Source: a virus
Taxonomy: Duplodnaviria; Caudoviricetes
DNA length: 53,620 nucleotides
Virus record (IMG/VR): IMGVR_UViG_3300045953_000088
Span: 1-53,620 of that record
Direction: 5' to 3' (one strand)
The notes below the pieces were generated by a model. The model was not told the DNA's origin, made no database searches, and saw only the letters and a program-made list of their open reading frames with translations. Shown piece by piece: positions 9,407 to 17,495 of this stretch. Position 1 is the stretch's first letter. Every line of letters begins with the position of its first letter. The translations under genes were made by a program, and so were the position numbers.

Positions 9407-9775
9407 TCATCGATGAACCCTCGTGCCGCTTCCGCCACACTCGACGCACCGCCAGTTTTCATCACCGCCAACGCCAAGACACGCTGGGCAATCGTCTGCG
9501 AACCGTCGCAAAATCTCATCGCGGATCATCGAGGTAATTTTTTTCTGCTGGTTTCGGTTCACGACGATTGCCTGGCGAACCTCATTCTTCGAGGACATTT
9601 CCAAGTCGCTCAACAACTCAGACAGCGTTTTTGTCGAGAGGCTCATTTGAAAGTCCAATTGTTTCGATAACCAGGGAGGGCCCCGAATCACAATCGCTCG
9701 AACAAGCGCGGCCAGAACACCCAACAGCGCACACGCACATAATGTGTTGATGACTTCCATGCAAAGGCCCTCCAT
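9407..9775 (-). CDS. Hypothetical membrane protein with C-terminal Zn-finger (CPAC..G..CVECGGSG)
   Basis: N-terminal hydrophobic helix and DnaJ-like CxxCxGxG repeats. Confidence 0.45.
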   Translation of the reverse strand: MEGLCMEVINTLCACALLGVLAALVRAIVIRGPPWLSKQLDFQMSLSTKTLSELLSDLEMSSKNEVRQAIVVNRNQQKKITSMIRDEILRRFADDCPACLGVGGDENWRCVECGGSGTRVHR

Positions 9776-9789
9776 AGCCTCAACTCGAT

Positions 9790-10069
9790 CAAACTGCGCG
9801 AGCTCTTTTTGGAACGCGCCACCTTTGTAGGTAGTGATTTGACTCCAAGAGCCGACGCAGACACTTCGGAGCACAACGCGCTCGGCAACGATTGCACAAC
9901 GCGCTCGGCAACGATTGTCCGAAGCCTCAAACATCATCACCGCGGCCCACTTTCCTATTTGCTTCAATTCGGCGTTGGTGAGTGATTGCAATCCTTCCGG
10001 AACTTAATTTTCAACGCACAAGAGCATGTTGGTTATCTGCTCAAGCAAATCAGTTCTGGTAACTGGCAT
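9790..10069 (-). pseudogene. Probable disrupted small phage gene
   Basis: GGAGG plus ATG at 10069, in-frame TAA at 10004-10006, and a 23-bp tandem duplication that shifts the frame. Confidence 0.4.
9871..9916. repeat. 23-bp tandem duplication
   Basis: gcacaacgcgctcggcaacgatt x2. Confidence 0.9.
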
Positions 10070-10141
10070 GGTCAACCTCCCCAACGAATCATCCGGCTCC
10101 ATTTTCTCCGACGTCCTGCCAGTCGCTCCAATCGTCGTCCT

Positions 10142-10396
10142 TCATGACTTCTTCGCCTCCATCGATTCCAGCATCCGAGCCGCCGTTTCAGCAGCTTCCT
10201 CGGCGGCGCGAACCAGGCAACGTTTGATGACGTTCAAAATCACCGGGAAGTCAGCTTGCACAAGCTCCTCGATGTTCAACCTGATGATTCGCCACTTGCG
10301 GCTTTCCGCGTCGAAGCGAACAGTGAACGGCCTGTGCGTCCCTGATTTCTTCATGCCGTCGCCATTGTTTGAAAGCCCCATCCTGGGGCGGTCCAC
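10142..10396 (-). CDS. Hypothetical protein
   Basis: ORF in the leftward early operon. Confidence 0.45.
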   Translation of the reverse strand: MDRPRMGLSNNGDGMKKSGTHRPFTVRFDAESRKWRIIRLNIEELVQADFPVILNVIKRCLVRAAEEAAETAARMLESMEAKKS

Positions 10397-10460
10397 ATTC
10401 CTTGCTGAAGCGCGGCCGCGTCAATGTGGCCTTCCCTGCTTAGCGCTTCCGTTGCGTGGT

Positions 10461-10811
10461 TCATGCCGGTTCCCAAGTAACCATTCGAGTTCCCTTGACG
10501 GTGCACTTGCGGATCGGGCCTTGCTTGACGCGGCCCTCGTTTTTCAAACCGGACAGCCGGCGCATCAACTCCGTGCTGTCGGAAAGCTGCACGGCCTCTT
10601 CCGCCGTCGTCAATTTCCAAAGCTCCTGGAAGGTCTTGCCAGGACATCGCTTGACGAGGGCGAAGGCGATGTCCGCATGAACGGACAGTTTGCCGGTTCG
10701 CTTGTGCCTTTCGCCAGCTTCGCGAGAAGTTTCGGGATCGGCAGGGCTGGACAGACGCTCGCCATAAGCGTTGATGCCGGAGCCGAACAGATTTTGTTGT
10801 TTAGCGGTCAT
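10461..10811 (-). CDS. Hypothetical protein, probable winged-helix DNA-binding
   Basis: DPETSREA motif, RRLSGLKNEGRV, and C.V.G..M.TW ending seen in phage wHTH proteins. Confidence 0.55.
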   Translation of the reverse strand: MTAKQQNLFGSGINAYGERLSSPADPETSREAGERHKRTGKLSVHADIAFALVKRCPGKTFQELWKLTTAEEAVQLSDSTELMRRLSGLKNEGRVKQGPIRKCTVKGTRMVTWEPA

Positions 10812-10944
10812 GTTCTCACCAATCGGATGCCTGAGATTCGAACTCAGATTCCCCTCTGGACTGACGCGGTTTGCCACATTCTTCGAGAATTGGCCACCTT
10901 GAGGTCCAGAGGGTGCGTCCTTTCGCCTGCACCCGTCCTTGCAT

Positions 10945-11658
10945 TTACGCAATCGTTGCAATTGGCATCCCCGCCGCTTTCATGTTCTCAATCCAGAGAT
11001 CAACCCATTCGAGGGCGAGTTTGGAAAACTGACTAGTTTCCGGCGTGTCGCCTTTTTTGATTGCCAGAAAGAAGCGTTCGGCTGGTCGCTCTTGGTTTGG
11101 CCGGAGCGATTCGAATGCGTTGAAATCACAGCCGCGCACGTTCGCGAGCGTGCCTACCAGACAAGCGCATTCGCCTTCGTAAGTCGAGCCGTCAACCCGG
11201 CCCTCGGCCAGAGCGGAACGAAGGCCAGGAACTTCTTTCGGCGCCGAGCAAAGGACCGCCCAAAGGTCATCACGAATTGGAGTGAGGCGGGCACCGTCGA
11301 GGCTGGCACCGTCGAGGCTGGCACCGTCGAGGCTGGCACCGTCGAGGCGGGCACCGTCGAGGCGGGCACCGTCGAGGCGGGCACCGTCGAGGCGGGCACC
11401 GTTGAGGCGGGCACCGTTGAGGCGGGCACCGAAGAGGCTGGCACCGTTGAGGCGGGCACCGTCGAGGCGGGCACCGTCGAGGCGGGCACCGTCGAGGCGG
11501 GCACCGTCGAGGCTGGCATAATTCAGGCACGTTTCCGCTTTGACAGCCTGTTGAACGGCGTCAATCAGCGACTCGGCCTCGCAAGCGAAAAGCACCTTGC
11601 CATCCAGCCAGCTTTTGATTTCAAATTTTTGCATTTGGTCATCCTTTTTCTTGGGCAA
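10945..11658 (-). CDS. Pentapeptide repeat protein
   Basis: 15 A(R/S)L(D/N/F)G repeats plus a C-terminal domain (STYEGECACLVGT). Confidence 0.9.
   Translation of the reverse strand: MPKKKDDQMQKFEIKSWLDGKVLFACEAESLIDAVQQAVKAETCLNYASLDGARLDGARLDGARLDGARLNGASLFGARLNGARLNGARLDGARLDGARLDGARLDGASLDGASLDGASLDGARLTPIRDDLWAVLCSAPKEVPGLRSALAEGRVDGSTYEGECACLVGTLANVRGCDFNAFESLRPNQERPAERFFLAIKKGDTPETSQFSKLALEWVDLWIENMKAAGMPIATIA
11284..11518. repeat. 15-bp coding tandem repeat (~15.5 copies)
   Basis: ggcaccgtcgaggc(g/t) units encoding the pentapeptides. Confidence 0.95.
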
Positions 11659-11727
11659 GCGTCATGAGATTCCCGCGTGTCGTTCGGACACGTTATCAAT
11701 TCGACCCTTTAGACTTCAAGTTGTCAC

Positions 11728-11796
11728 TGTCACCAAAATGCGGTGACACCGGAAAAATGGCTACGAAGTCCACGTGTCACCAGCCGTTTGGTGACA
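11728..11796. promoter_or_regulatory. Two palindromic operator-like sites TGTCACC-N7/8-GGTGACA
   Basis: Sites at 11728-11748 and 11775-11796, upstream of the pentapeptide operon. Confidence 0.55.
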
Positions 11797-11798
11797 AC

Positions 11799-12134
11799 CT
11801 AAGCCCCCTTTTTCTTCCGGTATCCCCCCTTGTCGCTGACGATCTTGCCATCTTTCTTGAGTGACGACAGGGCAGTACGAACCTTCGAGTTCGACTTGAT
11901 CCCGGCGGCGGTGGCAATGGCCTTGGCAACCGCTGCCGGCTTGTCATGGTCTGGAACATGAGGCAGTAACAGGGCTTTGAGCATTTCGTCGGGCTTTCTT
12001 GGCTTACCAACCTTGATCCGGCACTCATTTCCACCTTCGGATTCGATGGTTACGACTTTCGCGGAGTCGCCTGGCCACAGTCGATTCACGTACCAGCGAA
12101 CAAATTCCTTCAATCTCTCAGTTCTCTCGTCCAT
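11799..12134 (-). CDS. Putative winged-helix regulator
   Basis: C-terminal AKAIATAAG..SKVRTALSSLKKDGKIVSDKGGY. Confidence 0.6.
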   Translation of the reverse strand: MDERTERLKEFVRWYVNRLWPGDSAKVVTIESEGGNECRIKVGKPRKPDEMLKALLLPHVPDHDKPAAVAKAIATAAGIKSNSKVRTALSSLKKDGKIVSDKGGYRKKKGA

Positions 12135-12163
12135 CTACCGGCCATCCCTGGGCGAAAGTGGCC

Positions 12164-12316
12164 TTAGCTTTTGCGTCCCCAAATCACGTCAAGCATGTCC
12201 GGCAGCATGACGCAACCGAATATCGAGAACGCTGCAATCAGCACGGCATAGGCCGTCAGGGCAATCCGAATGCCGAGGAAGGCGCCGCGCTTCAGGTCCG
12301 TGATAAAGGCGTTCAT
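12164..12316 (-). CDS. Small membrane protein (50 aa)
   Basis: Manual translation MNAFITDLKRGAFLGIRIALTAYAVLIAAFSIFGCVMLPDMLDVIWGRKS. Confidence 0.45.
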   Translation of the reverse strand: MNAFITDLKRGAFLGIRIALTAYAVLIAAFSIFGCVMLPDMLDVIWGRKS

Positions 12317-12358
12317 GATCGATCATTTTCTTTCGTTGACTATTCATCTCTGGATGGC

Positions 12359-12388
12359 ATCTTATTCGTGTGGACGACCACATGTCAA
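12359..12388 (-). promoter_or_regulatory. Sigma70-like leftward promoter with internal palindrome
   Basis: TTGACA-N18-TAAGAT; spacer contains TGTGG-TCGT-CCACA. Confidence 0.6.
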
Positions 12389-12480
12389 CCACAAATATAC
12401 GAAATATTCAAAAAAAATCCGATTGTGGAACCCAATAGCCGAATATAGAATGACTTGCGTGATACCACGCGGAGGAAACG

Positions 12481-12705
12481 ATGTCTACAATTGCGGTCAT
12501 GGGACGAAAACGCGAAACGAACCAGGCCAAAGCTGACCGCCACAAGCCCCGCAAGATGGTAGCCATCCGGAAGCAGTATCACCATTTGGCCGAGCAACTT
12601 GCCGTTCGCCTCGGCTGCAGCGACTTGACCGAGCTGGCGAATATTGCGTTGCGTGAGCTTTTGGAGAAGCACGAGCTTTGGCCGCCTCCAAAAGAGCAGC
12701 CATGA
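12481..12705 (+). CDS. Small ribbon-helix-helix (Arc/CopG-like) regulator, candidate repressor
   Basis: GGAGG RBS; beta-strand KMVAIR followed by two helices (...LTELANIALRELLEKHELWPP); divergent from the early operon. Confidence 0.6.
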   Translation: MSTIAVMGRKRETNQAKADRHKPRKMVAIRKQYHHLAEQLAVRLGCSDLTELANIALRELLEKHELWPPPKEQP

Positions 12706-13145
12706 GCCGGTGTATTGTTGCCATTGCGATCGCCCTCTTCTTCATTTCTCACCTCGCCGCACAGCCGACTCCCGAAGCGGACAAGGCCATCAAAGACGCC
12801 ATTGCCACGCTGAAAAAGAAACAGGCCACCACAAAGAACCAGAACGAGAAAGTCAAACTTGGCAAGGCTATCGCGGCCCTTGAGGCAACGCTGAACCCGC
12901 CGATCGTCGCGGACGCCAGCAAAGTTACACGGGCGAATTACGACAAGATCCTCGTCAACATGACATTGAACGACGTTCAGGATCTGCTCGGCCTTGGCAA
13001 AGAACTTCGCCGCGGAGGCGGTCGCATGTCGATGCGATGGACTGGGGAGAAGGTTGCTGGAAAACGAGCGATAGAAATCGAGATTGAATTTGATGCGCGA
13101 GCCGGTTTTGTGGAACAGGTCTTGAGCAAACGTATTGACGATTAG
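12702..13145 (+). CDS. Exported protein (possible superinfection exclusion / lysogenic conversion)
   Basis: Signal peptide; NYDKILVNMTLNDVQDLLG resembles BamE/BLIP-like domain starts. Confidence 0.55.
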   Translation: MSRCIVAIAIALFFISHLAAQPTPEADKAIKDAIATLKKKQATTKNQNEKVKLGKAIAALEATLNPPIVADASKVTRANYDKILVNMTLNDVQDLLGLGKELRRGGGRMSMRWTGEKVAGKRAIEIEIEFDARAGFVEQVLSKRIDD

Positions 13146-13246
13146 CATCGTTGCACCTTGAAGTCAAAAAGGCGCATCCTTGCGCCAGCGTCCCTACTGC
13201 GGTCCCTCTTGCGGCCATGCCAACGGCCCGCGTCCTTATTGCTGGC

Positions 13247-13522
13247 CTACTTCCTGATTCCGACTTCACGCAACACTCGATCAACTTCGGTGTCTCGTGC
13301 TCGCTTCTCTGATTTTGATTGAACGACCTGGCCTCTCGTGGCCTGGTGCTGTTCCACCTGGGCAAGCACATCCTCACGCGAGACGAATCTTTTCCATCCA
13401 ACGCGCCAGCCGGCGATCTTGCCAATTTTGATCCATCGGCGAATGGTGCCGCTCGAGAGATTGATGAGGCGTCCAGCTTCCTTCAAGCCGATTGCATCGG
13501 CTGGCAAGTCCGTTTTGCTCAT
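13247..13522 (-). CDS. Excisionase-like HTH protein
   Basis: LKEAGRLINLSSGTIRRWIKIGKIAGWRVG; near the integrase. Confidence 0.75.
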   Translation of the reverse strand: MSKTDLPADAIGLKEAGRLINLSSGTIRRWIKIGKIAGWRVGWKRFVSREDVLAQVEQHQATRGQVVQSKSEKRARDTEVDRVLREVGIRK

Positions 13523-13577
13523 GCACTAGTTTTCGCAGATTTGCGAATTTGAGAAAGGCCCTTGGCGCCTGCCCTGC

Positions 13578-14057
13578 TCAGGACGCGTTTGCCCTGGAAT
13601 GCCCTGATTCGGGCGTGGGCGGGAGTTCGTAGCCGTAGCCATCGTCGCCTTTTTTCAGCGTGCCGTTTGCGACCATCTCTGCCAGTACACCGCGGAGATT
13701 TCCGTCCGCTCGTTTCTTGCCGATCCGAATGGCAATCCAGTGAGCTTTGCGCGCTGGCTGATTGGCGAGCGCGGCCACGATTTTTTTCATTTGTGGCGTG
13801 AGGCGTATTGACGGAGATTCATCGGCAACTTTCGCGAGAAATTTCTCGAGTGCATCAGCGTTCGCCGTCCACGGCTCGCAACTGGCGATGGTGATTACCA
13901 CCTGCATGCCGTGTTCTGGCGATTTAGCAGACGCGACGATTTCGCCAGGCTCGGTTGGCGCGAGAACACCAAGATCGATGAGTTTGGAAAGGATGGAGTG
14001 AGCACGAGAGGACGCAAAAGAATAAAGAGACATTGCGCACACCGTAACTGGACGCAC
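13578..14057 (-). CDS. Putative winged-helix protein
   Basis: LTPQMKKIVAAL...AHWIAIRIG...LRGVLAEMVANGTLKKGDDGY; architecture resembles 11799..12134. Confidence 0.55.
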   Translation of the reverse strand: MRPVTVCAMSLYSFASSRAHSILSKLIDLGVLAPTEPGEIVASAKSPEHGMQVVITIASCEPWTANADALEKFLAKVADESPSIRLTPQMKKIVAALANQPARKAHWIAIRIGKKRADGNLRGVLAEMVANGTLKKGDDGYGYELPPTPESGHSRANAS

Positions 14058-14233
14058 ACCCTGGATTCACTACAGGGTATGCGTTGAACTGGCCCCCGAT
14101 GCTCATGCGTGGGTTAGCCTGTGGTTCTACTGGTGCGACGCCCTCAGCGTCAGCTGGAGATGTGCTCCGTGCTTAGGACGTAAAAGGGATTTTGCCACGG
14201 CTCGCATTTGAATGCAAACTCCGTTGCAAAAAA

Positions 14234-15355
14234 TTACCCGATTTTTTTGGCCGTCTCGATCGCCAATTTCAATCGCTGTTTGTCGGTGTAAATCTTTGTC
14301 GTCTCGAGCGAGTGATGACCTAACACGGCCGCTGCCGCGGGCAATCCGCCAACTTCTTCCGCTCGATGGCCGGCGGAGTGCCTGAGCTGGTACAGACACC
14401 ATGGCTTGACCTTCGCTGCCTTGATGGCGCGGCGAATGGCCTGGGCGTAGCCGTTCTCGAGATAGTATTGTGCACCGTTGCGGCGCTTCGCCGGCGGGAA
14501 GATATAGCCATCGGGTTCGGCAGCCATGAACCAGGGCGCCAAGGTCTGTTGCGCGATTGGGCCCAGAGCGATTACGAGCGTTTTTTTTCGCCATTTGTTT
14601 TTGTGCTTGCTTGGCCGATAGAGCCAGATCCCGTCCTCGCATTGTTCAATCTCGCATCGACGCATTCGGCAAACATTATCTGGCCTCATGCCCGCGTGGT
14701 ATTGCACGGTGAGCATCGCTCGGACGACCGGCGCCATGAACTTCAAACACGGTTTGACTTGAGCTTCCCAATCAGCCGGCTCGCGATCGGGATGATCGAA
14801 TATCCGCGGATCGTTGATTTCGAGCGGCTTCACCGTTCGAAGATGCTCAGCGATTCCCATCGGCAAGATTTCCGTGGACTCGCCCCAACTGAACACAATG
14901 ATGATTCGTTGCACGGCTTTGTTGATCGTGTTGCGGCACCATGGTCCGCACTTCTCTTTTTCTTCGTCCGTCATCCAGCGTTGGTCAATCATCGCGTCCC
15001 GGGTTGCGCGCAGGCGATTGGCCCGATACTCGCCGGCTTGGGTCGGCCCGAACAGACGAGAAAGCGGCACGCATGCGCGAGCGACGCGTTGCACCTGGGG
15101 ATGATCGAGTCCGCGAGGATCTGCTTTGAGGCAGCCGGCAATTAGTTCGTCAACGGTCATGCCCAGCGAAGACGGCAGCGAGGGCATGGCGAATCCGAGG
15201 GCATGCTCGGCGCGAAGTCGCTCGTATTCCTTATAGCTTTCAGGGCTGCCATACTTGCCAAGGTAGTGAGACTTTCCGTTGATCTTCACCCGAGCGCCGC
15301 CGCCGTGTATAAGCGGTTTGGCAGGATAAATAGGGAATGGCTTTGGTCGAGACAT
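14234..15355 (-). CDS. int: Tyrosine recombinase / phage integrase
   Basis: GMRPDNV (R), HKNK (K), YQLRHS, LGH...TKIY catalytic pattern; N-terminal HYLGKYGSPES. Confidence 0.93.
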   Translation of the reverse strand: MSRPKPFPIYPAKPLIHGGGARVKINGKSHYLGKYGSPESYKEYERLRAEHALGFAMPSLPSSLGMTVDELIAGCLKADPRGLDHPQVQRVARACVPLSRLFGPTQAGEYRANRLRATRDAMIDQRWMTDEEKEKCGPWCRNTINKAVQRIIIVFSWGESTEILPMGIAEHLRTVKPLEINDPRIFDHPDREPADWEAQVKPCLKFMAPVVRAMLTVQYHAGMRPDNVCRMRRCEIEQCEDGIWLYRPSKHKNKWRKKTLVIALGPIAQQTLAPWFMAAEPDGYIFPPAKRRNGAQYYLENGYAQAIRRAIKAAKVKPWCLYQLRHSAGHRAEEVGGLPAAAAVLGHHSLETTKIYTDKQRLKLAIETAKKIG

Positions 15356-15490
15356 GCGCGACTCCTTTCGCGTGATTGTCGGCGTGTCTTGCGCCGGAAC
15401 AATGCCCTGAAAGTCCTGCGGGAGCGCGGCGCTCCCAGAGGACATACAGAAGTACTGTAAAAACGTGGGTTTTCTGCGTTAGAAGTGTGA

Positions 15491-15529
15491 TCCGGAGGCC
15501 GACGCTCTATCCAATTGAGCTACGGGGAC
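15491..15529 (-). tRNA. 5' fragment of tRNA-Arg(CCG), putative attP core
   Basis: GTCCCCGTAGCTCAATTGGATAGAGCGTCGGCCTCCGGA: acceptor 5' strand, D-arm, anticodon stem 5' strand and CT-CCG-GA loop, then no 3' half; adjacent to the integrase. Confidence 0.8.
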
Positions 15530-15557
15530 ACACGCGTAAAACCCGCGTTTCAGATGA

Positions 15558-15586
15558 ATCTTATCGACTTGCAACTTTTACAACAA
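15558..15586 (-). promoter_or_regulatory. Putative promoter upstream of the tRNA fragment and integrase
   Basis: TTGTTG-N17-TAAGAT on the minus strand. Confidence 0.45.
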
Positions 15587-15662
15587 CGCCAACTTGGGAA
15601 TCAGTCGGGAACCAGTGGAGCGCCGAATGCGCGATGGTGTGCGCAATAATGGGACGTGATTT

Positions 15663-15860
15663 TCACACCATCACCTTCCTACCCCTCGTGCTGCCCTTCC
15701 GCCGATACCTCCCGCGCCGCACAACGAGACACGTCTTGCATCGCGACTTCGATTTGCGATGCCGTTTGCGCCGGCCGCAATCGACGCACAAGCCCGCGAG
15801 CATCTTCTTGACTTGCCAGATTCCTTGGCGTGATTTCATGGCGAGAAATTCCGGGCGCAC
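15663..15860 (-). CDS. Small basic Zn-finger protein
   Basis: GLCVDCG...CKTC. Confidence 0.45.
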   Translation of the reverse strand: MRPEFLAMKSRQGIWQVKKMLAGLCVDCGRRKRHRKSKSRCKTCLVVRRGRYRRKGSTRGRKVMV

Positions 15861-15948
15861 ACCGGCGTTAGATGCGTGCCTGATGAATCAGGAGGTTGCC
15901 GTGCAGCAACGAGCTGCGGCGCCCGGCTTCCCGCGGGAAGTTCAATTG

Positions 15949-16191
15949 TCACCACTTCGCCCACCAATACCGCCGCTCGACGACTTGCTTGACCGCCGCA
16001 ATCACCGCCTCGCGAAACGTATCGAGTTTGTCATGGTCGCATGCGACGATGAGGATTGGCGTCCAGTCCTCCGGCGGCAAATGGCGAATATCCACGCCGT
16101 ATTCGTTCAAGACAACGCGGTAGGCACGACGGACATAGCTTGGCGTGTACTTGTTGAAGGTGAGTTTCGGGAGTTGTTTGACTTCGGTCAT
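15949..16191 (-). CDS. Hypothetical protein
   Basis: GAGG RBS, ATG start. Confidence 0.5.
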   Translation of the reverse strand: MTEVKQLPKLTFNKYTPSYVRRAYRVVLNEYGVDIRHLPPEDWTPILIVACDHDKLDTFREAVIAAVKQVVERRYWWAKW

Positions 16192-16453
16192 GGCGTCCTC
16201 TGCACAAGTGAAAGGAAGCCAGCCCGTCAGTGCCGTTTGGAGTGGTCAAGCGGGCTGGCTTCCGACGCGACGAATCGCGAGATTGTGGATCACCTTGCCC
16301 TTTCTTTGTTAGAGAACAGCGAACCCGCCTCGACACTGCGGGTATCGCCGCTATGACGGTCCAACATTCAGCCACGGACGACGCCGACCGGCCATCGCAT
16401 AAATGCCGCCTCTCCTACGGCACCCAACGCTCCGAATCGGCGTCGCCTGGGGC

Positions 16454-16735
16454 TCATTCATCATCGCCGTCGAACAAATCCAAAATAGCCTTGATGAGTG
16501 GCACGAGGATTTGAATCAACGCCGCGAATTCCTTCGGTAGGAACGCCGTCCAATCAATATCGCCGATGCTGGTGAACTTCCCATCCGCGATCAGCTTTTG
16601 CGCCGCCGCGTTCTCGACGTTGCCAAGGATCCGCTTGCGTCGCGGCCGGCTTCGTGGCAGCGCCAAGATGCGGCGCAACTTGCGGTCTTGCGCGGTCAGT
16701 TTCGGTTTGTTCTCAAGGAAATTCGACAATTTCAC
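16454..16735 (-). CDS. Hypothetical protein with C-terminal amphipathic/hydrophobic helix
   Basis: ...IDWTAFLPKEFAALIQILVPLIKAILDLF; follows the lipase. Confidence 0.55.
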   Translation of the reverse strand: MKLSNFLENKPKLTAQDRKLRRILALPRSRPRRKRILGNVENAAAQKLIADGKFTSIGDIDWTAFLPKEFAALIQILVPLIKAILDLFDGDDE

Positions 16736-16736
16736 T

Positions 16737-17339
16737 TCAAAAGCTCGGCTCAAGAGGCACCTCCAGTTGTTCAAGGACGGCACGATATGCCGCGAGATAG
16801 TGGTCTTCGATGATGTCGAGGTCCTGAAATCTCCGGCCGATCTGTGTTAGCGGCCGCGGATGAAACCAGCCAAACGGCACACGCGGAACGGGATCGTCGG
16901 CGTTGCAATAGTCGGCGCCGGGAATGTTCTTCAGGAAAGCCGCCAGGCCGCTGCCGGCGAGAAAGCACGATCTTGGCGAGCCGAACGTCGTGAGCTTCGT
17001 CACCTGTCGCCCGCCGGCGGAGAACATGCCCGCGAGGATATGGGCCTCGGCGCCACCTTTGGAATGGCCAGTGATGACAATGGGCCCTTCGCTCGGGATC
17101 TTTGCCCAAACCGATTTGACGGCCGTAAGAAATCCGGCGTGGATCGAACCAAGATGTTCGTGCGTGAATGGAATCTTGACGAAATCTTGCAACCAGTCAC
17201 GCGGCGAATTGGTGCCACGGAAGGAAATGACCTTTGCACCCTTGTAGTCGGTGAGAAGGACGTGGATGCTGCCCGTGTCGATCGTGCAGGGGCCGTAGGC
17301 TTGGGCGGCCAGGTCGCAAAGTTCGATGTCGGAGATCAT
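16737..17339 (-). CDS. Class 3 lipase
   Basis: FRGT, HAGF, GHSKGG nucleophile elbow, TFGSPR, DPVPRVP, late His. Confidence 0.9.
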   Translation of the reverse strand: MISDIELCDLAAQAYGPCTIDTGSIHVLLTDYKGAKVISFRGTNSPRDWLQDFVKIPFTHEHLGSIHAGFLTAVKSVWAKIPSEGPIVITGHSKGGAEAHILAGMFSAGGRQVTKLTTFGSPRSCFLAGSGLAAFLKNIPGADYCNADDPVPRVPFGWFHPRPLTQIGRRFQDLDIIEDHYLAAYRAVLEQLEVPLEPSF

Positions 17340-17342
17340 GTC

Positions 17343-17495
17343 TTACTGCTTTCGCTTCTGGTGCTGGTATCGCCTCCAACGTTTCCGCTCGCGACGTTCG
17401 AACGCCGCTTTCAATCGGTCCATGTATGGGTAGTCACCCTTGCGGAAACGATAGCGCGCGTGAAATCGCCGTTTGTATTTTTCGTCAGCGTTCAT
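17343..17495 (-). CDS. Small basic protein (50 aa)
   Basis: Manual translation MNADEKYKRRFHARYRFRKG...; start overlaps the matrixin stop. Confidence 0.4.
   Translation of the reverse strand: MNADEKYKRRFHARYRFRKGDYPYMDRLKAAFERRERKRWRRYQHQKRKQ

Noticed and set aside
9407-9991. 194-aa ORF as a single gene
   Set aside because: It spans a 23-bp duplication and looks like a chance fusion of a broken gene with a downstream one.
11284-11518. CRISPR-like or VNTR regulatory array
   Set aside because: The 15-bp units are contiguous with no unique spacers and encode pentapeptide repeats in frame.
15491-15529. Complete functional tRNA gene
   Set aside because: The sequence ends at the anticodon loop, with no T-arm or 3' acceptor strand; better explained as attP.
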